NCBI GenBank assembly: GCA_964591495.1
Contig: CAZQEW010000008.1
Location: forward strand, 2,787 to 66,786
Direction: 5' to 3'
Origin: an uncultured Klebsiella sp.
GTDB lineage: Bacteria > Verrucomicrobiota > Verrucomicrobiia > Limisphaerales > SXTU01
DNA: 64,000 nucleotides
The position numbers and the translations under genes were made by a program. This document shows, piece after piece, positions 24,292-34,694 of this stretch (within the stretch, counting starts at the first letter, position 1; each line of letters begins with the position of its first letter). Below the pieces are notes generated by a model, which was given only the letters and a program-made list of their open reading frames with translations, did no database searches and was not told where the DNA came from.

Positions 24292-25035
24292 TTACTTGCG
24301 GGCGAAGATGCGGTTGGCTTCCTCGAGGGTTTCCTTGGACCCGATGTCATACCAGATCCCGGGCACGGACCAGGTGAAGACGGGCGTGCGCGGGTAGAGC
24401 CACTGGATGAGGCGGCCGGGTTGGTCGGGGTTGTTGCCCTCGGCGAGGTATTGGGCCACGAGCGGCAGCGTGGCGCGGGGGTAATAGTAGAGGGCGATGC
24501 CGATCATCGTGCTGGCCGGCTGGGCGGGCTTCTCCTTGAAGTCGCTGATCACGCCGTCACGGTTCACGGCCACGACGCCGTATTTCTTGGCCGCTTCAAG
24601 GCTGCCCACGTCGTAAACGCCCAGCACCGGGGCGTTCTTGGCCCGGCAGAACTCGCCGAATGCTCCGAGTTTCTCGCTGAACAGATTGTCGCCGGCCACC
24701 ACGATCAGGTCGTCATCCACCTTTTCCTGTTTCAGCACGAGGTTCAGGTCGCCGATGGCCCCCAGCTTGTTTGAATCTTCGGTGGAGCCGTCGTTAATCA
24801 CGGTGAAGGCGAAGGGTGCGCGGGTGGCGTAGTCGTCGGCCCATTTCTGAAAATGCCCGGCGAACTTGGCATTGGTCACCACATAGACGCGGTCGATGCC
24901 CGGGATGGGCGCGAGGTTGTCCATCACGTAGTCGATCATCGGTTTGCCAACCACGGGCAGCAATGGCTTGGGCTGCGTGAGGGTGAGTGGATAGAGGCGG
25001 GTCGCGTAGCCGGCGGCCAAGATCAGGACTTTCAT
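24292..25035 (-). CDS. Sugar-phosphate nucleotidyltransferase
   Basis: 247 aa. [36 protein letters not shown] is an NTP_transferase signature. Confidence 0.85.
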   Translation of the reverse strand: MKVLILAAGYATRLYPLTLTQPKPLLPVVGKPMIDYVMDNLAPIPGIDRVYVVTNAKFAGHFQKWADDYATRAPFAFTVINDGSTEDSNKLGAIGDLNLVLKQEKVDDDLIVVAGDNLFSEKLGAFGEFCRAKNAPVLGVYDVGSLEAAKKYGVVAVNRDGVISDFKEKPAQPASTMIGIALYYYPRATLPLVAQYLAEGNNPDQPGRLIQWLYPRTPVFTWSVPGIWYDIGSKETLEEANRIFARK

Positions 25036-25134
25036 CGGCGTGGGTTGTAGGCTGAAGCCTGGCCAGTGTCAAAACGCAAGCCGCCGTGCAACTTGTGCCT
25101 TGCCGTTTCGCGCTTGACGGCTACTTTCCCGCGC

Positions 25135-25407
25135 GTGCCGAAACCGGTGAAAAAATCCAATCCGCCCAAAGCCGTCCTGCTCGGCGTCGGCCTGGACTCC
25201 GACGGCCACAAGCGCGTGACCACGGGGGACAACTTCGCCCTCGTCGGCGGCTCGAAGGACACGCACGAGCAGATGACCGAGAAAGCCATCAAAATCAACG
25301 AGAAGCTCCGGCAGAAGGGCAAACAGCTCGGCGAGGTTTCCCGGGAGGAGTTCGACGACATCGCCCACGAGGTCGGCCTGCACCGTCACAACCCCCACGC
25401 CAACTAA
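25135..25407 (+). CDS. Small hypothetical protein immediately upstream of nuoA
   Basis: Reads ...KAVLLGVGLDSDGHKRVTTGDNFALVGGSKDTHEQMTEKAIKINEKLRQKGKQL. The start is uncertain: GTG at 25135 or 25147, or ATG at 25066. It ends 6 nt before nuoA. Confidence 0.5.
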   Translation: MPKPVKKSNPPKAVLLGVGLDSDGHKRVTTGDNFALVGGSKDTHEQMTEKAIKINEKLRQKGKQLGEVSREEFDDIAHEVGLHRHNPHAN

Positions 25408-25413
25408 GCTCCC

Positions 25414-25791
25414 ATGGGCGCCGAGCAACATCCCTACCTCTTCCTGCTGGTGTTCTTCGTCATGGCGGTGGGCTTTGCCGTGGGGCCGCTGGTGCTCGCC
25501 GCGCTCTGGGCAAAGTTCGTCTCCCCGCAGAAGCCCGGCGAGATGAAGAATTCCACTTACGAATGCGGCCTCGAATCGAAGGGTGACGCGTGGGTCGCGT
25601 TCAAATCCGAGTATTACCTCTACGCCATCCTGTTCCTGGTATTTGACGTGGAGACCATCTTCCTGCTGCCGTTCGCCGTGGCGTTCACCGGCCTTTCCGT
25701 GGGTGCCTGCCTGGCGATGCTGGTCTTCGTGCTGCTCCTTGTCGAGGGCCTGGCCTGGGCGTGGGTCAAGGGAGTGCTCACCTGGAAATGA
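25414..25791 (+). CDS. nuoA: NADH-quinone oxidoreductase subunit A
   Basis: 125 aa with 3 TM segments. Has YECG and FLVFDVETIFLLP. Confidence 0.9.
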   Translation: MGAEQHPYLFLLVFFVMAVGFAVGPLVLAALWAKFVSPQKPGEMKNSTYECGLESKGDAWVAFKSEYYLYAILFLVFDVETIFLLPFAVAFTGLSVGACLAMLVFVLLLVEGLAWAWVKGVLTWK

Positions 25792-25800
25792 AAGCTGCTC

Positions 25801-26409
25801 ATGGACGACGGCCTTAAAAGCGAACTGACCAAGCAGGGCATCTACGTGGTGAAGCTCGAACAGCTTTACAACTGGGGCCGGAGCAATTCCGTCTGGCCGC
25901 TGGGTTTCGGCCTTGCCTGCTGCGCCATCGAGATGATCGCCGCCAGCATGGCCCGCTTCGACCTCTCCCGCTTTGGCGCGGAGGTCTTCCGTCCCTCGCC
26001 CCGGCAGGCGGACCTCATGATCGTCGCCGGCACCGTGACCAAGAAGATGGCCCCGCAGGTCGTGCGCCTCTACAACCAGATGCCCGAGCCGAAATACGTC
26101 ATCGCCATGGGCGCGTGCGCCATCTCCGGCGGCCCCTTCAAGCAGGGCTACAACGTGCTCAAGGGCATTGACAGATACATCCCCGTGGACGTGCACATCC
26201 CCGGCTGCCCGCCCCGCCCCGAGGCGCTGATCCACGCGTTCATGACGCTCCAGCGGAAGATCGACGCCCAGAAAGTCTTCGGGCCGGACCGGGCGCGGCA
26301 TTTCGACGCCAGCCAGCCCAGCGAATTTCCCATCCCGCTCTACGGCGAGCACGATCTCGTGCCGGCCAAGAACCCAAATGTGTGGGAGCCTCCGGTGGTG
26401 GTCCGGTAA
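25801..26409 (+). CDS. nuoB: NADH-quinone oxidoreductase subunit B
   Basis: Has [19 protein letters not shown] and [10 protein letters not shown] (N2 cluster ligands). Confidence 0.95.
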   Translation: MDDGLKSELTKQGIYVVKLEQLYNWGRSNSVWPLGFGLACCAIEMIAASMARFDLSRFGAEVFRPSPRQADLMIVAGTVTKKMAPQVVRLYNQMPEPKYVIAMGACAISGGPFKQGYNVLKGIDRYIPVDVHIPGCPPRPEALIHAFMTLQRKIDAQKVFGPDRARHFDASQPSEFPIPLYGEHDLVPAKNPNVWEPPVVVR

Positions 26410-26424
26410 ACGATTCCTCGCCTC

Positions 26425-27063
26425 GTGGAAACCCTAGAGCAAATCAAAACCCGCGCCGAGCGCGTAGTGCCCGGGGCACAGTTGACGATCATCAAGAACG
26501 ACAGCCCCAGCGCCCAGCATTCGCTGCTGGTGGCGGTCGAGCACGCCTTTGCCGTCGCCAAGTTCCTCCGCGATGACCCGGCGCTCCGTCTCGACTACTG
26601 CTCCAACGTCTCGGGCGTTGACTTCCTCGACGCCGAGCTGTCCGAGAAGGTGAAGGTCAAAAAAATCGTGGACGGCGTGGAGAAGGAGGTCGAGGAAGTG
26701 CGGAAGACCAAGCGCGCCGGCTATCTCGAAGTGGTTTACCACCTCTACTCGATTAGCCTGAAGCACGGTCCGGTCATTCTCCGCCAGCGCACGGGCAACC
26801 GCACCGACGCGACGGCGGTGATGTCGCTCACGCCGCTGTGGCGCAGCGCGGAGTTTCAGGAGCGCGAGGTGTTTGACCTCTACGGCATACACTTCTACGG
26901 CCACCCCGACCTGCGCCGCATCCTCATGTGGGACGGCTTCAAGGACCATCCGATGCGGAAGGATTACCAGGAGCCCGACGACTACGAATACGAGCCCACG
27001 CCGCACGATGACGTGTGTGACAAGACCAAGGCGCATTATCCCAAGCAGGAGGTAAAGGCGTGA
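26425..27063 (+). CDS. nuoC: NADH-quinone oxidoreductase subunit C
   Basis: GTG start. Has [29 protein letters not shown]. Confidence 0.9.
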   Translation: METLEQIKTRAERVVPGAQLTIIKNDSPSAQHSLLVAVEHAFAVAKFLRDDPALRLDYCSNVSGVDFLDAELSEKVKVKKIVDGVEKEVEEVRKTKRAGYLEVVYHLYSISLKHGPVILRQRTGNRTDATAVMSLTPLWRSAEFQEREVFDLYGIHFYGHPDLRRILMWDGFKDHPMRKDYQEPDDYEYEPTPHDDVCDKTKAHYPKQEVKA

Positions 27064-28268
27064 GCGCAGCCACCGAGACTTCCGCAGGTGCGGTGCAGAA
27101 CCTGACCTTTCCGGACGCGGGCCAGACGGGTTTCCAGCGGCGGGCCGAGGTCATCGGCGTCGGGCGCGAGGGTGAGCTCCTCGAGGTTGCAATGGGCCCG
27201 CAGCATCCGTCCACGCACGGCGTCTTCCGCATGGACGTGGTGCTCGACGGCGAGACCATTGTGAAGCTCAAGCCCGTCTTCGGCTACCTTCACCGGAACC
27301 ACGAGAAGATCGCCGAGAACACCAGCTATCTGGCCTCGATGCCCTACACGGACCGGCTGGATTACTTCTGCTCGCTGACGAACAACTGGGCCTACGCGCT
27401 GTCCGTCGAGAAGCTCGCCGGCCTGCAAGTGCCCGAGCGCGCGGAATACATCCGGATCATCACCGCCGAGCTCACGCGCCTGCTGAACCACACCTGCCTC
27501 GCGGGCTTCCTGCTTCAGGACATGGGCGCTTTGGGCACGCCGCTCATGTATGCCTTCCGCGAGCGCGAGAAGATCCTCGACCTCTTCGAGTCGCTCTCCG
27601 GCGCGCGGATGATGTGCAATTACATGCGCTTCGGCGGCTGCCGGTGCGACTTGCCGCCGGGCTGGCTGGATGCGGCGAAAAAGGTCGTCGCCGAATACCC
27701 CAAATTCCTCGACGAGTTCGAGACGCTGTTGTCCGGCAACGAAATCCTCATGGCCCGCACGCAGGGCGTGGGCAAAGTTTCCGCCGAACTCGCCGTCAAC
27801 GCCGGCCTCACCGGCCCGATGCTCCGGGCCAGCGGCGTGGACTACGACCTCCGCAAGGTGGACGCCTACGGCATCTACGCGCGTTACCCCTTCCGCATCC
27901 CGCTGGGCAGCCACGGCGACGTCTACGACCGCTACATGGTCCGCATGCTGGAAATGCGCGAGTCGCTCAAGATTCTGGAGCCGGCGCTCAAGGATATTCC
28001 CGAAGGCCCCGTCGTGGACCCGAAGGCGAAGCTCCGCGGCTTCCGCCCCAAAGCCGGCGAAGCCTACGGCCGCATCGAATCGGCGAAAGGCGAACTCGGC
28101 TTCTACCTCATCAGCGACGGCAGCCCGAACCCGTATCGCTACCGCGTCCGCCCGCCCAGCCTCATCAACCTCACCGTCCTCGAGGACATGTGCCTCGGCC
28201 AGACCGTGGCGGATGCCATCGTGAGCCTGGGCAGCGTGGACATCGTCCTGGGTGAGGTGGACCGGTGA
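27060..28268 (+). CDS. nuoD: NADH-quinone oxidoreductase subunit D
   Basis: Has [13 protein letters not shown], and DRLDY is present. The C-terminus is VLGEVDR. Overlaps nuoC as GTGA. Confidence 0.95.
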   Translation: MSAATETSAGAVQNLTFPDAGQTGFQRRAEVIGVGREGELLEVAMGPQHPSTHGVFRMDVVLDGETIVKLKPVFGYLHRNHEKIAENTSYLASMPYTDRLDYFCSLTNNWAYALSVEKLAGLQVPERAEYIRIITAELTRLLNHTCLAGFLLQDMGALGTPLMYAFREREKILDLFESLSGARMMCNYMRFGGCRCDLPPGWLDAAKKVVAEYPKFLDEFETLLSGNEILMARTQGVGKVSAELAVNAGLTGPMLRASGVDYDLRKVDAYGIYARYPFRIPLGSHGDVYDRYMVRMLEMRESLKILEPALKDIPEGPVVDPKAKLRGFRPKAGEAYGRIESAKGELGFYLISDGSPNPYRYRVRPPSLINLTVLEDMCLGQTVADAIVSLGSVDIVLGEVDR

Positions 28269-28312
28269 AAACTTGCTTCTCGGCACTCAACGGCTGAAAC
28301 TTCCCCCCTCGA

Positions 28313-29008
28313 ATGCTCGGCACTGGCATCCTCAAAGGCATGGTGGAAACGGCGAAGAACTTCGCCGGCAGCTACCACGACCCCGAACGGCTCACGACCG
28401 TCGAGTATCCTGAGCAGCGCATCGCCGCGAAGGAGAGCGCCCGGCAGTTCCCGATGCTGGTCTTTGACACCGAAGACCCGATGAAGGGCCTGCGCTGCGT
28501 GGCCTGCCAGATCTGCGAGAAGGAGTGCCCGCCGCAGTGCATCTACATCGTCAAGAGCAAGGACAAGAAGCCGGACTACAAGGGTCAGCTCCAGTTCTAC
28601 CCGGCGGTGTTCGACATCGACATCTCGGTCTGCATGAGCTGCCAGATCTGTGTCGAGGTTTGCCCCTTCGAGTCCATCAAGATGAACACGGAGTTCGAAC
28701 TCTCGAACACCGACCGCTTCGGCGGCCTGCTCGTCCACAAGGAACAGCTCGCCAAATCCAACGAGCACTACCGGAAGATTCACCCCGCTGACGCCGCCGC
28801 GTCCGACGCCGTCCTCGCAGCCGAAACCGCCAAAGCCCAAGCCAAAGCCAAGGTCGACGCCGAAGCCAAAGCCGCCAAAGCCGCCGCGGAAGCCAAAGCC
28901 AAGGCGGACGCCGCTGCTGCTGCCGGAACCGCTGCGGCCACCGCTGCCCCGCCTGCCCCCAAACCCTCTTCCCCCGCTGCGGCTCCGGCTGCGGCTCCCG
29001 CCGCCTAG
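28313..29008 (+). CDS. nuoI: NADH-quinone oxidoreductase subunit I with an Ala/Lys/Pro-rich C-terminal extension
   Basis: Has two 4Fe-4S motifs, CVACQICEKECP and CMSCQICVEVCP. A low-complexity tail of about 70 aa follows. Confidence 0.9.
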   Translation: MLGTGILKGMVETAKNFAGSYHDPERLTTVEYPEQRIAAKESARQFPMLVFDTEDPMKGLRCVACQICEKECPPQCIYIVKSKDKKPDYKGQLQFYPAVFDIDISVCMSCQICVEVCPFESIKMNTEFELSNTDRFGGLLVHKEQLAKSNEHYRKIHPADAAASDAVLAAETAKAQAKAKVDAEAKAAKAAAEAKAKADAAAAAGTAAATAAPPAPKPSSPAAAPAAAPAA

Positions 29009-29011
29009 CCC

Positions 29012-30238
29012 ATGGCCGAGTTTTTCCAAGCCATCGACCAATTTCCCGTCACGCTCAAAGCGTGGCTCATGGGCCACGCGTCGGGCGTCTTGCCGGAGTG
29101 GGCGCTGCCGCTCGTGTCGGCGGCGCTGTCCATCACGCCGATTCTCGCCGTGTTCCCGCTCCTGTTCGCGCTCACCACCGTCATCGAGCGCAAGGGCCTT
29201 GGCCGCATCCAAAACCGCATCGGCCCGAACCGCGTGGGCATCCCGCTCACGAACATCCGGCTCGCGGGCTTTGGCCAGTTCATCGCCGACGGCATCAAGT
29301 CGCTGACCAAGGAAGACGTGGTCCCGCACGTGGCGGACAAGGTCGTCCACTTCCTCGCGCCCATCACGCTGCTGATTCCGGTGTTGCTGACTTACTCCGT
29401 GCTGCCGTTCGGCAAGAACATGGTCCCGCTCGACCTGCCGCAAACCGGGTTGCTCTTCTTCTTCGCCCTCGGCGCGAGCACGGAACTGAGCGTGTTCATG
29501 GCCGGCTGGTCCAGTCGCAACAAGTATTCCCTCCTCGGCGCGATGCGGGCCATCGCCCAGATGGTCTCCTACGAAATCCCCCTCATCCTCTCGTCGCTGA
29601 CGGTCGTGATGATGGCCGGGACGCTGTCGCTCGCGGGCATTGTGGAAAGCCAGGCCGACGTGCGGTTTGGCTTCCTGCACGGCTGGCACCTCTTCACTCC
29701 GTGGGGCTTCGTGGGCTTCTGCCTGTTCCTCACCGCCGCCGCTGCCGAGGCGAACCGCACGCCGTTCGACCTGCCCGAAGCCGAGTCGGAAATCATCGCG
29801 GGCTACTTCACGGAATACTCCGGCTTCAAGTTCGCCATCTTCTTCCTCGCGGAATACCTCGGCCTCTTTGCCATGTGCGGGCTGGGCATCACCCTCTTCC
29901 TCGGTGGCTGGCTGCCGCCGTTCAAGTTCCTCGGTTTCATCCCGTCGTGGTGCTGGTTCCTCGGCAAGCTGGTCGCGCTCATCCTGCTGTTCATCTGGCT
30001 GCGCGGCACGCTGCCCCGCCTCCGCACCGACCAGCTCATGGGTTTCGCGTGGAAATTCCTGCTGCCGATGACGCTCATCAATCTCGTCGTCGCCGCCCTG
30101 TGGCATCTGTCTGGCGGTTCCGTCCCGCTCGTTGTCCGTTGGGTTGTTGGCTTCGCGCTGCTGGCGGTTCCTTACTGGCTCCTCGGCCGCGGCTTCGAGG
30201 CCAAGGTCGGCAAACGCGAATACCGTTTCGCAAACTAA
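29012..30238 (+). CDS. nuoH: NADH-quinone oxidoreductase subunit H
   Basis: Has ERKGLGRIQNRIGPNRVG and GWSSRNKYSLLGAMRAIAQMVSYEIP. Confidence 0.95.
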   Translation: MAEFFQAIDQFPVTLKAWLMGHASGVLPEWALPLVSAALSITPILAVFPLLFALTTVIERKGLGRIQNRIGPNRVGIPLTNIRLAGFGQFIADGIKSLTKEDVVPHVADKVVHFLAPITLLIPVLLTYSVLPFGKNMVPLDLPQTGLLFFFALGASTELSVFMAGWSSRNKYSLLGAMRAIAQMVSYEIPLILSSLTVVMMAGTLSLAGIVESQADVRFGFLHGWHLFTPWGFVGFCLFLTAAAAEANRTPFDLPEAESEIIAGYFTEYSGFKFAIFFLAEYLGLFAMCGLGITLFLGGWLPPFKFLGFIPSWCWFLGKLVALILLFIWLRGTLPRLRTDQLMGFAWKFLLPMTLINLVVAALWHLSGGSVPLVVRWVVGFALLAVPYWLLGRGFEAKVGKREYRFAN

Positions 30239-30257
30239 TCACCAAGCACTCACCACC

Positions 30258-30755
30258 TTGACCCTACCCTTCGCCATCATCGCCGGTCTGACTGTCGGCA
30301 GCGCCATTGCGGCGATGTCGCTGCGGAACATGGTGCATTGCGCGTTGAGTCTGGTGCTGACGTTCGCGGGGCTGGCCGGGCTTTACCTCCAGCTCAACGC
30401 CGAGTTCGTTGGCTTCACGCAAATCCTGGTTTACGTCGGCGCGGTCTCGATTCTTATCGTGTTCGCCATCCTGCTCACGCGCAGCACCGACCCCAAGGAC
30501 GAGCCGGCGACAGTCACCCCGTGGGTCGGCATCGCGGTGGCAGTGGCTGCGTTCCTGACGATGGCGCTGGCTGTCGTGTCCAGCCCCGTGGGCAAGCGTG
30601 TCGCCGCACCCGCCCCGGAAGTCTCCGTGAAAACCCTCGGCCAGAAGCTGATGACCGATTACGTCCTCCCGCTGGAAGTCATGGCCCTGCTGCTCACCGC
30701 CGCCATGCTCGGCGCGGTCATCATCGCCATGAAGGACAAGGAGGGCCAGCGATGA
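30258..30755 (+). CDS. nuoJ: NADH-quinone oxidoreductase subunit J
   Basis: I propose a TTG start just after the nuoH stop. Has HCALSLVLTFAGLAGLYLQLNAEFVGFTQILVYVGAVSILIVF. The exact start is uncertain. Confidence 0.8.
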   Translation: MTLPFAIIAGLTVGSAIAAMSLRNMVHCALSLVLTFAGLAGLYLQLNAEFVGFTQILVYVGAVSILIVFAILLTRSTDPKDEPATVTPWVGIAVAVAAFLTMALAVVSSPVGKRVAAPAPEVSVKTLGQKLMTDYVLPLEVMALLLTAAMLGAVIIAMKDKEGQR

Positions 30756-31063
30756 CCCCGCTCTCCGGCTACCTCCTCGTCTCCGCGCTGCTCTTCTGCA
30801 TCGGGCTCGCCGGGGCGCTCACGCGGCGCAACGCCATCATGGTGCTCATCGGCATTGAGCTCATGCTCAACGCGGCAAACCTGAACTTCATCGCCTTCTG
30901 GCGCTTCAGCGAGAACCCGGAGACGATGACCGGCCTGACCTTCGCGCTGTTCTCCATCGCCATCGCCGCCGCCGAAGCCGCCGTCGGCCTCGCGCTCATC
31001 ATCACGATTTACCGCCACTTCAAGACAGCCAACGTGGACAAGGTCGAGGAGATGAAGGGATGA
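30752..31063 (+). CDS. nuoK: NADH-quinone oxidoreductase subunit K
   Basis: 103 aa. Has GIELMLNAANLNFIAF and AAAEAAVGLALI. ATGA overlaps occur at both ends. Confidence 0.9.
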   Translation: MTPLSGYLLVSALLFCIGLAGALTRRNAIMVLIGIELMLNAANLNFIAFWRFSENPETMTGLTFALFSIAIAAAEAAVGLALIITIYRHFKTANVDKVEEMKG

Positions 31064-33150
31064 GCTGGATTCTCAAGAACCTCTGGCTCATCCCCGTGCT
31101 GCCGCTGCTGGCGGCGGGCATCAGCGCGTTGCTGAAGCGGCCCAACCGCTCGCTCGCGGCGGGGCTGGCCATCGGGGCGATGGGGGCCTCGTTCCTTGTG
31201 GCGGTTGCCGGTTTCATCGAGACGCTCGGCAAGCACGGAGCGGCGGCACGACAGGTTCACAACTTCGATTGGTTCGCCCTCGGCGACACCGTGGTCCGCC
31301 TCGGCTGGGTGCTCGACCCGCTCACGGCGGCGATGGTGGTGATGATTACCTTCGTCGGCTCGCTCATCTTCATCTTCAGCGTCGGCTACATGAGCCACGA
31401 CGAGAACTTCACCCGGTTCTTCTGCTTCCTGTCGCTCTTCGCCGCCGCGATGCTTGGCCTCATCATCGCGAACAACCTGCTGCTCCTCTTCATGTGCTGG
31501 GAGCTGGTGGGCCTCGCAAGCTATCTCCTCATCGGCTTCTGGTTTCACAAGCCCAGTGCGGCGGCGGCGGCTAAAAAGGCCTTCATCACCACGCGCATCG
31601 GCGATGTGTTCTTCTTCCTCGGCATCGTGTGGCTCTATTCCGAGACGGGCACGTTGCTCTTCTACGATGCCGGCCGTGGCTGCCTCGAACAGGATGCGCT
31701 GGCCAAGATGGTCGCGCACTCGACCATCGGCGGACTCGCGGCCAGTTCGGCGATTGGCCTGCTCCTCTTTGCCGGCGCGGTCGGCAAGTCCGGCCAGCTC
31801 CCGCTGCACGTTTGGTTGCCGGACGCGATGGAAGGTCCCACGCCCGTCAGCGCGCTCATCCACGCGGCGACGATGGTGGCGGCGGGCGTCTTCCTCGTGG
31901 CGCGCGTTTATCCCCTGATGTCGTTACAACAGGCCGGCGCGTCCGAACCCATTCCGCTGACGGCGGTGACGTGGATTGGTGCGGTGACCGCTGTCTTCGC
32001 CGCGCTCGTCGCGGTGGCGCAGACGGACATCAAGCGCATCCTCGCCTACTCCACGGTCTCGCAGCTTGGCTACATGTTCATGGGCCTGGGCATCGGCGGC
32101 GTGGGCGTCGGCATGTTCCATCTGCTCACGCACGCATTCTTCAAAGCGCTGCTCTTCCTCGGCTCTGGTTCCATCATCCATGGCTGCCACGAGGAGCAGG
32201 ACATCCGGCGCATGGGCGGCATCAAGAAATTCATGCCCGTGACCTTCGCCACCTACGCCATCGGCATGATGGCGCTGTCCGGCGTGCCGCTGGTCTTCTG
32301 CGGGTTCTGGTCCAAGGATGAAATCCTCCACGCCGCATGGCTCTATCAGCCGAGCAAACTCCCGTTCTTCCTCGGTCTCGGCGGCGCGTTTCTCACGGCC
32401 TTCTACATGACCCGCCAAATGTGCTTTGTCTTCGCCGGCAAGTATCGCGGCGGACACGAGGCGGCGCACGATGACCACGGCCATTCGCATTCGCACGGCG
32501 ATGCCCACGCGCACGACCCGCACGAAAGCCCGGCAGTGATGACGCTCCCGCTGCAAATCCTCGCCGCCTGCACCGTGCTGCTCACGCTGGTCAGCACGCC
32601 GCTCTGGCCGTGGCTGCCGCATTACCTGAACGGCGAGGCTGCCCATTTGGACCCGGGCCATTTGTTCAACGCTGGCACGCTGACGTTGCTGCTCGTTTCG
32701 GCCGTGGTCGTCGCGGCAGGCATCGGGCTGGGCTGGTGGTTCTACGGCCTGCTGCCCGCCGAGAAGCCCGACGAGACGGACCCGCTGGAGCAGCAGTTCC
32801 CCGAGCAGTTCAGCTGGTCACGGGGCAAATTCTTTGTGGATGAATTGTATGCCGCGACCTTCGTGAAGTGGAACGCCCGCCTCGGCGTGTTGTGCCACGA
32901 CCTCGACCGCCGGGTGCTCGACCTGCTGGTGTCCATCGTTGGCTGGGCTACGACCGGCTGCGCGCACGTCGCGAAGCTCTTCGATGAGTTCGTGGTCAAC
33001 AAGCTGTTCGATGCCGGCTGCACTGAGGTTCGGCGCGGCGCGGAAGCGGCGTCGGAACTGCAAAGCGGTCAGATCCACCAATACCTGCGCAGCATCGGCC
33101 TCGCGCTCGTGCTGTTCGTCTTCATTCTCGCCGTGGGGTGCAACAAGTGA
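31060..33150 (+). CDS. nuoL: NADH-quinone oxidoreductase subunit L (elongated, 696 aa, with a His-rich loop)
   Basis: Antiporter-like core with WLPDAMEGPTPVSALIHAATMV. It has a long C-terminal lateral-helix region and ends in a final TM segment. Confidence 0.95.
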   Translation: MSWILKNLWLIPVLPLLAAGISALLKRPNRSLAAGLAIGAMGASFLVAVAGFIETLGKHGAAARQVHNFDWFALGDTVVRLGWVLDPLTAAMVVMITFVGSLIFIFSVGYMSHDENFTRFFCFLSLFAAAMLGLIIANNLLLLFMCWELVGLASYLLIGFWFHKPSAAAAAKKAFITTRIGDVFFFLGIVWLYSETGTLLFYDAGRGCLEQDALAKMVAHSTIGGLAASSAIGLLLFAGAVGKSGQLPLHVWLPDAMEGPTPVSALIHAATMVAAGVFLVARVYPLMSLQQAGASEPIPLTAVTWIGAVTAVFAALVAVAQTDIKRILAYSTVSQLGYMFMGLGIGGVGVGMFHLLTHAFFKALLFLGSGSIIHGCHEEQDIRRMGGIKKFMPVTFATYAIGMMALSGVPLVFCGFWSKDEILHAAWLYQPSKLPFFLGLGGAFLTAFYMTRQMCFVFAGKYRGGHEAAHDDHGHSHSHGDAHAHDPHESPAVMTLPLQILAACTVLLTLVSTPLWPWLPHYLNGEAAHLDPGHLFNAGTLTLLLVSAVVVAAGIGLGWWFYGLLPAEKPDETDPLEQQFPEQFSWSRGKFFVDELYAATFVKWNARLGVLCHDLDRRVLDLLVSIVGWATTGCAHVAKLFDEFVVNKLFDAGCTEVRRGAEAASELQSGQIHQYLRSIGLALVLFVFILAVGCNK

Positions 33151-34691
33151 ACGGTCTCCCGCTCATCTCGATTTTGACCTTCCTGCCGCTGGTGGGGGCT
33201 GCACTCGTTTTTGGCGTCGGCCGCGAGCGTCGCCAGCTCGCACGCGGCGTCACGCTGGCGGTCAACATCCTCGCCCTCGCGGTCGTCGCCGCGTTGTGGG
33301 CGAACACCAACCCGGCGGACGGCGCGATGCAGTTCGTCGAGCGGCACACTTGGATTCCCACCCTCGGCATTGAATATCACGTCGGCCTTGATGGGCTCGG
33401 GCTCGTCATGCTGATGCTCGCCGCGCTCGTCATCCCGATGGCCGTGCTGGCCTCCGAAAAGGTCGAGGAAAACGTCCCGCTCTACTGCGGCCTGTTCCTT
33501 TTCCTGCAAGGCGGGCTCTTCGGCGCGTTCACCGCGCTGAACTTCTTCCACTGGTTCCTGTTCTGGGAACTCAGCCTCATCCCCGCGTTCTTCCTCATCA
33601 AGCTCTGGGGCGGCCCGCAGCGCTCGGACGCGGCACTCCAGTTCTTCGTTTACACCATGGTCGGCAGCATCGCGCTGCTGCTGGCATTCGTGGGCCTGTT
33701 CCTCGCGACGGGCACCTTTGATTTCACCAAGCTCGCCGAGCTGGCCCGGACCAAGGCGCTTGGCCCCGCGGTTGAAGCGAAGTTCGCCTGGCTCGGCTGG
33801 GGCGCGGGGAAGGCCTACCTCGTCCTCTTCATCGGCGCGCTGCTCGGCTTCGCGGTGAAAGTGCCGCTCTGGCCGTTCCATACTTGGCTGCCCCTGACCT
33901 ACTCGGAAGCGCCGTCGCCGGTCTCCATGGCGCTGACCGGTGTGATGTCCAAGCTCGGTGTGTATGGCTTCGTGCGGCTGCTGCTGCCCATCTTCCCCGA
34001 GCCGATGCAATCCGTGCTCACGCCGCTGCTTTGGCTGGCGGTGGCGACCATCGTCCTCTCCACCTTCGCCGCGCTCGCCCAGCGCGACCTCAAGCGCATC
34101 CTCGCCTACTCGTCCATCAACCACCTGGGCTACTGCCTGCTCGGCGTGTTCGCGGCCGCGAGCGCGACCGGCACGGCGCTCGACCGCACGGCGGCGCTCA
34201 ATGGCGTGGTGCTCCAGATGTTTAACCACGGCATCACCGCGAGCCTCCTCTTCTGCTTCGTCGCCTTCCTCGAAGACCGCAGCAATGGCGCGCGCGGCCT
34301 CGATGATTTCGGCGGGTTGCGGAAGGTCGCTCCGTTCTTCTGTGGGCTGATGGGCATCGCGCTGTTCTCGTCGCTGGGCTTGCCGGGCTTGAACGGCTTC
34401 ATCGGCGAGTTCCTCATCTTCAAGGGCGTCTTCCCGCTCGTGCCGTGGGCGGCGGTGCTGGCGCTGCCGGGTCTGCTCGTCACTGCCATCTTCATCCTGA
34501 CGGTCATCCAAAAGGTCTGGTGCGGGCCGCTCAACGAGAAGTGGGCCGGCTTCGCTGACCTGACCTACAACGAAGGCGCGGTCGTCTTTCCCGCGACGCT
34601 GCTGATGTTCGTGCTCGGCGTGTGGCCGCAGTTCGTCATCGCCATCATCAACCCGACCGTCGCGCACTGGGTGCGGCAGATGCCCTTCTGA
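33138..34691 (+). CDS. nuoM: NADH-quinone oxidoreductase subunit M (copy 1)
   Basis: 517 aa. Has HTWLPLTYSEAPSPVSMALTGVMSKLG and INHLGYCLLG. The start is GTG at 33138 or 33147. Confidence 0.9.
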   Translation: MQQVNGLPLISILTFLPLVGAALVFGVGRERRQLARGVTLAVNILALAVVAALWANTNPADGAMQFVERHTWIPTLGIEYHVGLDGLGLVMLMLAALVIPMAVLASEKVEENVPLYCGLFLFLQGGLFGAFTALNFFHWFLFWELSLIPAFFLIKLWGGPQRSDAALQFFVYTMVGSIALLLAFVGLFLATGTFDFTKLAELARTKALGPAVEAKFAWLGWGAGKAYLVLFIGALLGFAVKVPLWPFHTWLPLTYSEAPSPVSMALTGVMSKLGVYGFVRLLLPIFPEPMQSVLTPLLWLAVATIVLSTFAALAQRDLKRILAYSSINHLGYCLLGVFAAASATGTALDRTAALNGVVLQMFNHGITASLLFCFVAFLEDRSNGARGLDDFGGLRKVAPFFCGLMGIALFSSLGLPGLNGFIGEFLIFKGVFPLVPWAAVLALPGLLVTAIFILTVIQKVWCGPLNEKWAGFADLTYNEGAVVFPATLLMFVLGVWPQFVIAIINPTVAHWVRQMPF

Positions 34692-34694
34692 GCC

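Noticed and set aside
28800-28960. Periodic GCCAAAGCC-type DNA repeat
   Set aside because: It lies within the nuoI coding frame and encodes the AKA-rich tail. It is not a CRISPR or an independent repeat element, and I report it only as a protein feature.
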